NCBI GenBank assembly: GCA_018970425.1
Contig: JAGWWK010000001.1
Coordinates: 144,845-208,844 of the forward strand
Reading direction: 5' to 3'
Source: Patescibacteria group bacterium
GTDB taxonomy: Bacteria; Patescibacteriota; Minisyncoccia; Phycocordibacterales; Phycocordibacteraceae
DNA length: 64,000 nucleotides
Shown here piece after piece: positions 28,357 to 37,099 of the stretch (its first letter is position 1; every line of letters starts with the position of its first letter). The notes under the pieces are model-generated. The model made no database searches. It was not told the DNA's origin and saw nothing but the letters and a program-made list of their open reading frames with translations. A program made the translations under genes and the position numbers.

Positions 28357-29054
28357 TATCTCGCTAGTGCTTTTTCGATCTCCGCACGGACTGCCTCTAG
28401 CGGCTGTGCGCCTGAAATGAGTACCGGCTCTTTTCCGCGTACTAAGAGAATGCTGTGTGGCGTACCTTGCGCGCGCGCCTTAATGGCGTCCTGGATCTGT
28501 GCTTCGATGCGTGCGCGGTGCGTACCTGCTGCGATACAGCTCTCAACGGGCGCAAGTGGCGCAACTGACGCGATTGTTGCTTCAAGCTTGTCCATCGGGA
28601 ACGGCGTGTTTAGCGGTGCGACAGAAAAGAGCGCGTCAACAAATTTCCAGTATGCGTCATTTCCTGCAGTTGACGCTACACACTCGGCTGCCTCAGCAAG
28701 CGCGGGCGCGTTCGGGTGGATCTGCGTGAGTGGGAAGTTGCGCAACACCCATGCCACCTGTCCATCATACTCCGCCACTACCTGCTTCATCGTTTCGTGA
28801 AAACGCTTGCAGAATGGGCACTCAAGGTCGGTATACTCAACAATCACAATCTTGGCATCACGATTTCCAAGCACGTGGTCATCTGCCTGGAGCGGCACTA
28901 CATCTTGGGCTGTTAGCGGCTTCTCAGCGGGGGGCGTAGTAGGCGCACCGGTGCCAACGCCACTCATGTAGACTGCTACCGCTACTAGCGCGCCGGCAAC
29001 AACAATCGCGAGCGGGGTACTGATTTCTGAAAGCAATGTTTTAGGTGAATCCAT
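28356..29054 (-). CDS. DsbA-family thiol:disulfide oxidoreductase
   Basis: EYTDLECPFC, FPL..IHPNA, GTP, GAQP. Confidence 0.9.
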   Translation of the reverse strand: MDSPKTLLSEISTPLAIVVAGALVAVAVYMSGVGTGAPTTPPAEKPLTAQDVVPLQADDHVLGNRDAKIVIVEYTDLECPFCKRFHETMKQVVAEYDGQVAWVLRNFPLTQIHPNAPALAEAAECVASTAGNDAYWKFVDALFSVAPLNTPFPMDKLEATIASVAPLAPVESCIAAGTHRARIEAQIQDAIKARAQGTPHSILLVRGKEPVLISGAQPLEAVRAEIEKALAR

Positions 29055-29116
29055 AGAAGTTATGAATAGTTTGTAGTGCGTTCACAGTGTACCATGTAGG
29101 ATACCCATCGAGCGCC

Positions 29117-29773
29117 ATGACTGCACCTCTCCCTGAAGCATATGAGCTCGGATCACTACCCTTTCTCGGAGCCACCATACACCTTGACTCTCACCCGCTG
29201 ATACCGCGCACTGAAACCGAGTTCTGGGTTGAACAATGCATCAACTCGCTCCGCGATCGTCCCGCTCCGCTACGGGTTGCGGACCTCTTCGCCGGCTCGG
29301 GATGCATCGGCATTGCTGTCCTTCTTCACCTACCTGCGGCACAGGTGACTTTTGGTGAAATAGAGAAGCGACACCTTACCACCATACACAAGAACATACG
29401 GGAAAACGGTATCGACCCAACCAGAGCACGCATTGTCCAAAGCGATGTATGGAGCGCGATGAGCGGAACATTTGATGTCATTCTCGCAAACCCGCCGTAC
29501 CTGTCAGAGGCGCGCATCGCACGCGTTGAAGCATCAGTCCTAGAGCACGAGCCAGAAGAGGCGCTCTTTGCGGAGGATGACGGATTCGCGTTCATTGAAA
29601 AAACCATAGCGGGGCTTCCCACACACATGGCCCCAGATGGTGTCTGTTATATAGAGCACGAACCCGAGCACTCGCGCCGCATTGCACTAGCCGCACAAGC
29701 ACTCGGTTATTCCGCGACCGTGCACAAAGATCAGTACGGAACAGAACGCTACTCTGTTATACTGAAGGCATGA
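29117..29773 (+). CDS. prmC: Release factor glutamine methyltransferase (lacks N-terminal helical domain)
   Basis: LIPRTETE, DLFAGSGCI, NPPY, EP..AL, KD..G..R. Confidence 0.85.
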   Translation: MTAPLPEAYELGSLPFLGATIHLDSHPLIPRTETEFWVEQCINSLRDRPAPLRVADLFAGSGCIGIAVLLHLPAAQVTFGEIEKRHLTTIHKNIRENGIDPTRARIVQSDVWSAMSGTFDVILANPPYLSEARIARVEASVLEHEPEEALFAEDDGFAFIEKTIAGLPTHMAPDGVCYIEHEPEHSRRIALAAQALGYSATVHKDQYGTERYSVILKA

Positions 29774-29955
29774 TTTGGACCTTAATATTAGGTGTCGCCG
29801 CTCTCATAACGGCATACTATATTTTTGCGCTTTTTTACCACTGGTTACGGTTCAGCGCCACCATGCCGATGGTCTGGCTCGCAATTCCTGTGTATTTAGG
29901 AGGCGTTGTTTTTCTCTCACTGATTGCACTTGCGGCATATAACGCACTTGTATGA
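29770..29955 (+). CDS. Small two-TM membrane protein
   Basis: 61 aa hydrophobic; ATGA overlaps on both sides. Confidence 0.7.
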   Translation: MIWTLILGVAALITAYYIFALFYHWLRFSATMPMVWLAIPVYLGGVVFLSLIALAAYNALV

Positions 29956-30527
29956 GCTTTCTTAATCTTAAACTTCCCCCAGTTGTAGGTAGTGATACAG
30001 CGCGACAAGAAGAAAGACTGGTGCTTATTGTTCACAAGCACTGGTGGGCCCTGCTCCGCGAAATTGCCGGTATACTAGTGCTCTTTATCGTTCCCTTCAT
30101 TCTCGTTGGACTAGTATCAACCGTAGTTCCGCCCTCGATAGATGCCGCCCAGCTCGGTGCAGCGTCAGGATTCGTAGCTGCTCTCTGGGCACTTCTATGC
30201 TGGCACTTGATGTTTTCGCGCTGGACCGATTTTTACTTCGACGTCTGGATTATCACAAACTGGCGTATTATTGACTTAGATCTCCGAGGATTATTTCATG
30301 TCGATATTGCGACAATTCTCGACCTTGACCATATTCAGGATATCCAGACTGAGTCGGTAGGAGTAATTCAGAACCTACTGGGATTCGGTCTAATAAACAT
30401 TCAAACAGCAGCGACGCGACGCGAAGTATCATTTATCGATTGCCCGACTCCGCGTAAAATTGAATCGCGCATCCGCGAAGCTCAAACAGAACTCATGCGC
30501 ATTAAGGGTGCGCACGGACATGTATGA
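29952..30527 (+). CDS. Membrane protein with bacterial PH (bPH_2) domain
   Basis: HKHW, two TMs, WIITN.RII...GLF...IQDI...G.I.IQTA. Confidence 0.8.
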   Translation: MSFLNLKLPPVVGSDTARQEERLVLIVHKHWWALLREIAGILVLFIVPFILVGLVSTVVPPSIDAAQLGAASGFVAALWALLCWHLMFSRWTDFYFDVWIITNWRIIDLDLRGLFHVDIATILDLDHIQDIQTESVGVIQNLLGFGLINIQTAATRREVSFIDCPTPRKIESRIREAQTELMRIKGAHGHV

Positions 30528-31729
30528 ATCAGCAGTATAAAGGTGTCCGGGACTTTTACCCGGAAGATCAGCGCGTGCAGAACTACCTCTTTTCCTCCCT
30601 CCGGCGTACGGTAGAGTCATATGGGTATGAAGAATATAATGCATCAATTCTAGAACCAACGGAGCTCTATACGGCTAAGTCGAGTCAAGAGATAGTCTCT
30701 GAGCAGACGTACACATTTGAAGATCGTGGCGGGCGATCTGTGACGCTCCGACCCGAAATGACACCGACTGTCGCGCGCATGGTCGCAGCACGAAAACGGG
30801 AGCTGGGCTACCCGCTACGTCTCTACTCTATTCAAAACTTTTTTCGCTACGAGCGGCCCCAGCGCGGCAGATTCCGTGAGTTTTGGCAATTGAACGTCGA
30901 TCTCTTCGGCGTTTCAGATGCTGCAGCAGATATTGAAATGATCGTACTCGCGCACCGACTACTTACTGAACTTGGTTCTCGCGAAGGACAATTCACCATT
31001 CGCATTAACGACCGCAGTGCTGCGTCGGACGCGCTTGCGGCTGCACTCCGTGACCCACTCCGCGTGAAAGAAGCCTTTGCGCTCATTGATCAAAAAGAAA
31101 AGCTCGATCCGTCACTTTTTGCCGCCCGATGGGAGGAGCTTGCAGCGATTTCTTTCGATATCGTCTTTGCCATGCCTGAGTCTGTACGCGCCCTTCTCGC
31201 GGAGCTTAACGCGCGCGGTGTCACGAACTGCGCGTATGACCCAACCGTAGTGCGCGGCTTCGACTACTACACGGGTATGGTGTTTGAAATATACGATACG
31301 AGCGGAGAAAACACTCGCTCCATGTTTGGTGGCGGTCGCTATGACACACTGGTTGAAAAGTACGGGATGGAGCCGGTACCAGCAGTAGGGTTCGCGCTTG
31401 GTGATGTGACGATGGTCAACTTTCTCGAGACGCACCACCTCCTTCCTCCGCTTGCTCCACGCACGCAGCTCTATCTCGTACCGCTCGACCCGCATGCAAT
31501 CGCACTCGCTGACACGCTCCGCGAGTCCGGAGTAACGGTCGCGCTCGGTATGAAGCATACACGCATTGCTGATCACCTGCGCGCGGCGGAGAAACTCGGT
31601 ATTCCGTTCGTAGCAGTCTTTGGCAACCAAGAGGTTGCATCACAGGAACTCACTATGCGCCGCATTGGTACCGGAGCCGAAACGCGCGTGCGCATTGATG
31701 CGGTGCATGCCTTCCTCACCGGGCAGTGA
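30524..31729 (+). CDS. hisS: Histidyl-tRNA synthetase
   Basis: KGVRDFYP, LRPEMT, FRYERPQRGRFREF, VRGFDYYTG, GGGRYD. Confidence 0.96.
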   Translation: MNQQYKGVRDFYPEDQRVQNYLFSSLRRTVESYGYEEYNASILEPTELYTAKSSQEIVSEQTYTFEDRGGRSVTLRPEMTPTVARMVAARKRELGYPLRLYSIQNFFRYERPQRGRFREFWQLNVDLFGVSDAAADIEMIVLAHRLLTELGSREGQFTIRINDRSAASDALAAALRDPLRVKEAFALIDQKEKLDPSLFAARWEELAAISFDIVFAMPESVRALLAELNARGVTNCAYDPTVVRGFDYYTGMVFEIYDTSGENTRSMFGGGRYDTLVEKYGMEPVPAVGFALGDVTMVNFLETHHLLPPLAPRTQLYLVPLDPHAIALADTLRESGVTVALGMKHTRIADHLRAAEKLGIPFVAVFGNQEVASQELTMRRIGTGAETRVRIDAVHAFLTGQ

Positions 31730-31730
31730 T

Positions 31731-32297
31731 ATGCGAAAAATTACCCTGGACATCGAGACGACCTCAGCCGCCTCTCACTTCGACATGAGCGCGATGGAGC
31801 TCTCCGTTGTTGGTACGCATGATTCTCTGACTGACGTATATCGCGCCTATACCGTACCTGAACTGCCGGAGCTCTGGCCTATTCTTGAGTCCGCAGACCT
31901 CCTCATCGGCTTTAACTCCGACCATTTTGACATTCCTATTCTTGACCGCTACTACGCGGGAGATCTCACGCGCATTCGCTCGCTTGACCTCCTCGTCGAA
32001 GTAAAAAAATCGCTCGGCCGCCGCATCAAGCTCGACTCCATCGCTAAAGCAACACTTGGGACAAGGAAGAGCGGTCACGGCCTTGACGCGGTTACATGGT
32101 GGGCAGAGGGGAAGGTAGAAAAGGTGAAGAAGTACTGCCTCGACGATGTTCGTATTACGAAACAAATCTACGACTATGCTCGTGAGCATAAAAAGCTGCG
32201 TTTCGACGACTTCGGTAAGAAACGCGACATCCCCATCGATTCAGATACTTGGGAGTCCGTCGCACCTACTGTTCTTACGCACACACTGCCCTTTTGA
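31731..32297 (+). CDS. RNase H-like (DEDD, RNase_H_2/YprB-type) exonuclease domain protein
   Basis: LDIET, GFN..FD, KSG.G, YCLDDV; start reassigned to ATG 31731. Confidence 0.8.
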   Translation: MRKITLDIETTSAASHFDMSAMELSVVGTHDSLTDVYRAYTVPELPELWPILESADLLIGFNSDHFDIPILDRYYAGDLTRIRSLDLLVEVKKSLGRRIKLDSIAKATLGTRKSGHGLDAVTWWAEGKVEKVKKYCLDDVRITKQIYDYAREHKKLRFDDFGKKRDIPIDSDTWESVAPTVLTHTLPF

Positions 32298-32315
32298 CAG
32301 TGCTAGGATAGAGCT

Positions 32316-33017
32316 ATGCAAGCACAAGAAACCTCAGTTTGGCCTATCGCTATCGCGATCATTGTAGTAGGTGCGATGATTGCGTACGCCCTGTACAGCG
32401 CACTTCGCCCAGAGCAATCACTCGTTCTCGGCCAGAGCGCGCGCGTGAGTGAAGCACCACCAATCACTGAGGCCGACCATGTGCTCGGCAATCCTGACGC
32501 ACCGATCAAGATTATTACCTATACCGACCTTGATTGCCCCTACTGCAGGAGCTTCCACGCGGTTATGAAGCAACTTATGGCGGTCTACGGCACTAACGGG
32601 TCAGTTGCGTGGGTATACCGGCATTTCCCGCTTGTTGAACTACACCCTAACGCTCCCGCTCTCGCGGAGGCATCTGAGTGCGCTGCTGAACTCGGCGGTA
32701 CTGATGCATTTTGGAAATTTATGGACGGAGCATTCACTGCTGATCGCCTTAATGACCGCTTTGACATGACACAACTCGAGCCGGTAGCTGCGTCCGCAGG
32801 AGTACCGCTTCAACAGTTCAGGGACTGCATGAGTTCAGGCCGCCATCGCGCTGCCATAAAAGAGGAGTTTGAGGATGCAAAGAAAGCTGGCGCGACCGGC
32901 ACACCGTTCAGTATTGTGATGAGTGCAGGAAATCCTGCGCTTCCCATCTCGGGCAGTCGCTCATTTGGCGGCATGCAGGACATCATTGAATCGCTCCGCT
33001 CCGCGGGCGGGTACTAA
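32316..33017 (+). CDS. DsbA-family thiol:disulfide oxidoreductase (second paralog)
   Basis: YTDLDCPYC, RHFPL..LHPNA, GTP. Confidence 0.9.
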   Translation: MQAQETSVWPIAIAIIVVGAMIAYALYSALRPEQSLVLGQSARVSEAPPITEADHVLGNPDAPIKIITYTDLDCPYCRSFHAVMKQLMAVYGTNGSVAWVYRHFPLVELHPNAPALAEASECAAELGGTDAFWKFMDGAFTADRLNDRFDMTQLEPVAASAGVPLQQFRDCMSSGRHRAAIKEEFEDAKKAGATGTPFSIVMSAGNPALPISGSRSFGGMQDIIESLRSAGGY

Positions 33018-33841
33018 GAAACGAGTCCCATCCGGTAGAGTTCAAATGAGTGCGCTCCGTCGAAAAGATCCGTCGGGTTTGGTAAGAATGACCGCCGCGT
33101 ACGTACATCCTCGCTTGCGTCGTTGAGGAGGCGCACAAACACTGCATACTCTTCAGCGAGTGTATCGTACTCGAGTACGTACCGGCGCAACTGACTCGAT
33201 CCGTCTCGATTTTCCCGCTTTCGACACTCGTACACGATGAATCGCTTGACCGGCTTCTTAAACTCAGCACTAACCGTGCAGTAGTTAAAAAGAGCTTGGA
33301 GGACAAATAATGGCTTGTCTTCGCGGAGTGCGCTAAACGTGTCGACAAACTTATGATCGACAATATCTATGCATCCTGGGTTTCCGCGCGACGCTATGAC
33401 CAAATCCGAAATCGCTTTGACGGGCAGTGGAGCGCCGGTGACCGGAGCGATTCCTGAAAACTCTACGCCAAACACTTTGTGCCGAGGCGGTCGCGCAAGG
33501 TAAAATCCAATTGCTTGCAAGTACTCCGCCTCCATGGCACGCCGCTTGTCGGCTTGCGCGCGCCGTGACACAGCTTTTCCAAACGCAATTTCGTAATCAG
33601 GGACACCGCGCAGGTACTCAAGGCCGAGTGAGGTCGAGGCAGCAGCAGTAAGGCCTCCGTAAAAATGCTCAAGCGCTACGTGACCAGCACGGCCCACTGC
33701 CGCCGCGGGTGACGAGGGCATATCGTACACACGCTCTACATAGCGCTTGTACCAAGCAAGCGGGTTCCGTAAGTATGTGGTGAGCGATGAGTATGACCAG
33801 TACGGGATTGGATACTTTTTCTTAGTCAGTTTTGAGCTCAC
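33014..33841 (-). CDS. PD-(D/E)XK nuclease family protein (RecB/AddB-like, standalone)
   Basis: WSYSSL..Y, G...H.ALE, ISDLV, IVDHK, Q...Y; probable GTG start at 33841. Confidence 0.75.
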   Translation of the reverse strand: MSSKLTKKKYPIPYWSYSSLTTYLRNPLAWYKRYVERVYDMPSSPAAAVGRAGHVALEHFYGGLTAAASTSLGLEYLRGVPDYEIAFGKAVSRRAQADKRRAMEAEYLQAIGFYLARPPRHKVFGVEFSGIAPVTGAPLPVKAISDLVIASRGNPGCIDIVDHKFVDTFSALREDKPLFVLQALFNYCTVSAEFKKPVKRFIVYECRKRENRDGSSQLRRYVLEYDTLAEEYAVFVRLLNDASEDVRTRRSFLPNPTDLFDGAHSFELYRMGLVS

Positions 33842-33906
33842 GTATACACAATACACTGTAAGTCTCATGCGGAGGTGGTGCTTGTCTCGGGGTTGACAAA
33901 GACTAA

Positions 33907-33935
33907 TTGACATTGGTTAGTAAAAGGTGTATACT
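33907..33935 (+). promoter_or_regulatory. Sigma70 promoter for the antiporter
   Basis: TTGACA-17 bp-TATACT. Confidence 0.75.
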
Positions 33936-34026
33936 CTGACTTGGATTTTTAGGGTGTTTGTATCAGAGCCCTTCCGCGGGCACTGCATAGAGGTACTCTT
34001 CAGTTCCACAGTTATAACCGACGCGC

Positions 34027-36153
34027 ATGCTCACCGCTTCTGCTGCTTTTGCACTCTTTGTTATGCTCGCACTTGCGAGCGGCGTGTACTTTATCGCTGA
34101 GCGCCTGCGTATCCCGTACACGGTTCTTCTCACCTTTACCGGCATACTGCTTGTTCCGCTTTCCGTACTTGAGCCGTTTGCGTTCCTGCGCGATTTTTCT
34201 CTGACGCCTGAGCTCCTCTTCTACATTTTCCTCCCGACGCTCATCTTTGAGTCCGCGTACAACATGAACCTCCGCCGCGTGGTGCAGGACTCTCCGTCTA
34301 TTATGCTCCTTGCGATCGTCGGCTACCTCGTCTCAGCTTTCGCTATCGGCGGTGCGCTGTGGTTCGTTTTTAGTCTCATCGGCCTAGAGATTCCGTTCAT
34401 GGTGACGCTGCTTTTCGGCGCACTCATCTCTGCCACCGACCCGGTCGCGGTACTTGCACTCTTTAAGGAGTTTGGTGCACCGCGCCGGCTCTCAACCATT
34501 TTTGAAGGCGAATCATTGATGAACGATGCGACTGCCCTAGCACTCTTCGTGATTATACTCGGCCTTATTGAGCACGGCGTTTCAGTAGGCGCGCTCGGAA
34601 CCGGAGCGCTCTCGTTCACGATCATGCTCGTCGGAGGTACTGCGTTTGGAATCCTCTGCGGCGCAGTGGTTTCTTGGACTACGGGTCTCTTTCGACATAA
34701 CGAACTCATCGCGGTGTCTCTCATGCTCGTACTCGCGCACCTCACCTTTATTTCGTCAGAACTCATTAACGAGTACTTCCGTCACCATCACCTCGCGTAC
34801 ATCCAACTCTCACCTATTATTGCAACTACGATCGCATCTCTGTTTATGGGTGCGTACGGCCGATTCAAGATCACACCGCAGGCGGAAGAGTTCATTGAAA
34901 AGTTCTGGTCGCAGTTTGCCTTTATGGCGAACTCCGTCATTTTCATACTTCTCGGTCTCTTGCTCTCTACAGTAGACGCAGATTTGAGCCTCCTCGCGTG
35001 GCCTATCGTTCTGTCCGTCCTTGTGGTAGCAGTAGCCCGAGCACTTTCAGTGTATGGAAGCCTTATTCCGTTTAACGCACTAGTACCGGAGCGCCTTCGT
35101 GTATCGCTTGACTGGCAGCATATGCTCGCGTGGGGATCCCTGCGTGGCGCGCTCGCCTTAATGCTCGTTCTCCTGATCCCCGGGGATCTGGTAGTCCCTG
35201 GCTGGACACTCGCACTGCCGGTCAAAGATTTCCTTATAGTCATTACCATTGCTTGTATCTTTGCCACTCTTTTCATAAAGGCGCCGTTCGTGGGGCCGAT
35301 TATGCGCCGCCTGAAAATAAACACCCTCACCTCGCTTGAGTGCGCGGCGCGCGACCGCGCCAGAGCGATTGTGCACGGAACAACGGTGGAACGGCTCCGC
35401 AGTTATAGCGAGAAGGGCTATGTTCCGCCGTCGGTCGGCAAGGAACTTGGCGAGAGTCATACTGAGCGTTTTAGCTCTTCGTGCACCCCGCTTGATGCTC
35501 CCGAAATGACTGAGCGCGCACTCCTCATCTACCTTCTCGGGCGCGAAAAAGAGGTTCTGAAAGAGCTCCTCACATTTGACGAAGTGACAGAGCGCATTTA
35601 CAAGCGCGTCGCCGCGAAGCTCTCTACCCAGATAGAAGAAGTCGAGCGCGGGAATGTACATCCAGATCCTCACGCAACATACGACTATCGAGATGTGTTT
35701 GAAAACCTGGCGGAGTTCTTGCGCGATATCTTTATGCCTGACTCGCTCGACAACGCGATACGCGAAGAGTATTTGTATCTCCGCGCTCAGGAAATTCTTT
35801 CTCGTAAGGTGGTAAAAGAAATTGAGCGCTTGCAAAATGAATTCGGGGCGCCGGTATTCCCGCAGGTGTTTCTCGACCGAGCGCACGTGCGCTATAGCGA
35901 GTTCCTTACTCAGGCACAGGAGAAGCGCGCGTCACTCGCACAGCGCTTCCCCGGGATCGTTACGTCACTGGACCACACGCTAGCGTACCGCTCTGTCTAC
36001 CGCGTGGAAGAGGCAGTCCTCGGCGAGCTTGCGCACCGCGACCTCATTACACCAAAGCTCCATGCCGCTATGCTCGGCGAGTACCGTGATGAGGCACAGA
36101 GCCGATCGCTTAAAGTGAAGCGTGCAGGTAGTCGTTTATCAATAAACGAATAA
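34027..36153 (+). CDS. Na+/H+ antiporter, CPA1 (NhaP-like), with long cytoplasmic tail
   Basis: FLPTLIFESA, ISATDPVAV, GESLMND, WGSLRGA. Confidence 0.92.
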   Translation: MLTASAAFALFVMLALASGVYFIAERLRIPYTVLLTFTGILLVPLSVLEPFAFLRDFSLTPELLFYIFLPTLIFESAYNMNLRRVVQDSPSIMLLAIVGYLVSAFAIGGALWFVFSLIGLEIPFMVTLLFGALISATDPVAVLALFKEFGAPRRLSTIFEGESLMNDATALALFVIILGLIEHGVSVGALGTGALSFTIMLVGGTAFGILCGAVVSWTTGLFRHNELIAVSLMLVLAHLTFISSELINEYFRHHHLAYIQLSPIIATTIASLFMGAYGRFKITPQAEEFIEKFWSQFAFMANSVIFILLGLLLSTVDADLSLLAWPIVLSVLVVAVARALSVYGSLIPFNALVPERLRVSLDWQHMLAWGSLRGALALMLVLLIPGDLVVPGWTLALPVKDFLIVITIACIFATLFIKAPFVGPIMRRLKINTLTSLECAARDRARAIVHGTTVERLRSYSEKGYVPPSVGKELGESHTERFSSSCTPLDAPEMTERALLIYLLGREKEVLKELLTFDEVTERIYKRVAAKLSTQIEEVERGNVHPDPHATYDYRDVFENLAEFLRDIFMPDSLDNAIREEYLYLRAQEILSRKVVKEIERLQNEFGAPVFPQVFLDRAHVRYSEFLTQAQEKRASLAQRFPGIVTSLDHTLAYRSVYRVEEAVLGELAHRDLITPKLHAAMLGEYRDEAQSRSLKVKRAGSRLSINE

Positions 36154-36156
36154 TTC

Positions 36157-36411
36157 ATGTCACGTACGAGTATTTATAATCGAACACCGGAACGGCAAGA
36201 CAATCCAGCTGTTATTGCAGGACTTTTTTCATCGATTGCGTGCACCGCATTGGTTCTTTATTTTTTTGGAGAAGGTAAATTCAATATTGATACGCCGAGC
36301 GATCTGGTAAAACTACTCATCACTGCGCTGTTTGGTTTTATAGTCTTCCGAGACATTCGTAAGTACTATGAAAACTCCTGTCCGCGTGAAGGCGGAGCGG
36401 CTTACGCGTAA
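36157..36411 (+). CDS. Small two-TM hypothetical protein (AT-rich)
   Basis: 84-aa ORF with two hydrophobic helices. Confidence 0.6.
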   Translation: MSRTSIYNRTPERQDNPAVIAGLFSSIACTALVLYFFGEGKFNIDTPSDLVKLLITALFGFIVFRDIRKYYENSCPREGGAAYA

Positions 36412-36462
36412 TTCGCATAAAACGATTGCCGCGAGAGGCCTAGTGAGGTATACTAGTAAAGC

Positions 36463-36516
36463 TCCGTAAGGGGGTCTGTCACAGTGTCAAAGCACTGAAT
36501 AGAGACTCTCTTCGGA
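36463..36516 (+). ncRNA. Structured leader hairpin A
   Basis: Follows TTGCCG-17-TATACT promoter (36426-36454); TCCG/CGGA, AAGGGGGTCT/AGACTCTCTT and CAGTG/CACTG stems. Confidence 0.5.
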
Positions 36517-36589
36517 TGAAGTGAAGGAAGCCATATGGCGGTGCGCCACAGAGCGCCCTTTGCGCTTTATTCATTTAGCCAGCACCAAT

Positions 36590-36676
36590 ATGTTCTCTTC
36601 AGAGAATGAAATACCTCCATTCATAATTTCTAGCTTAGCACTAACTATATTGTCTTCACTCGGACTGAATTTATAG
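36590..36676 (+). CDS. 28-aa hydrophobic peptide
   Basis: MFSSENEIPPFIISSLALTILSSLGLNL*, between a structured leader and a terminator. Confidence 0.45.
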   Translation: MFSSENEIPPFIISSLALTILSSLGLNL

Positions 36677-36687
36677 CGAGCATATTC

Positions 36688-36733
36688 ACCGCCTCACTCA
36701 CTGAAAGAAATGCTCGGTGAGAGGCGGTTTTTT
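36688..36733 (+). terminator. Intrinsic terminator
   Basis: ACCGCCTC...TCACTGA/TCGGTGA-GAGGCGGT followed by T-tract. Confidence 0.8.
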
Positions 36734-36793
36734 GCTTCTTCGATCTCGTTACGCTCTGCGTTGTCGAATACCTTTGCGTATGATACGTTCAAG

Positions 36794-36849
36794 TATGGGA
36801 GTTTGTACTGCAGAATCCGCATGTCGGATTTTGACTAGAAACTCTCGTA
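36794..36849 (+). ncRNA. Structured leader hairpin B (related to hairpin A)
   Basis: Follows TTGTCG-17-TACGTT with extended TG (36761-36789); TATGGGAGTTT/AAACTCTCGTA and CAGAATCCG/CGGATTTTG stems. Confidence 0.5.
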
Positions 36850-36889
36850 TTTATTAGTAAGGCGCTGACCGCGCACATACGGAGTTCTT

Positions 36890-37099
36890 ATGAGCGAATC
36901 GCGCATGGACGAGTGCCCACACGGACGCAGTCTGATGGGAGTAATTTTTGCGTTCGCAACGCTTACGCTTTCCTCTCTATTCGTCTACGTCGAGACTACC
37001 GACACGGACATCGGCCGCGCGCCGACATTCCTGCTTGTGTTTGGCACCCTGAGTAGCCTCCTCGCTACAGTAGCGTACGCACGCCCACTAGATCAGTAG
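36890..37099 (+). CDS. Small two-TM hypothetical protein
   Basis: 69-aa ORF with two hydrophobic helices, GGAG 4 nt before the ATG. Confidence 0.6.
   Translation: MSESRMDECPHGRSLMGVIFAFATLTLSSLFVYVETTDTDIGRAPTFLLVFGTLSSLLATVAYARPLDQ

Noticed and set aside
33014-33841. Cas4 or CRISPR association of the PD-(D/E)XK nuclease
   Set aside because: No Fe-S cysteine cluster, no cas genes, and no repeat-spacer array seen in the window.
36461-36733. tmRNA, RNase P, SRP or TPP riboswitch identity for the structured region
   Set aside because: No T-arm/CCA end or ALAA-type tag, no GAGGAAAGUCC, no SRP helix-8 motif, and no CUGAGA/CCUGAU core.
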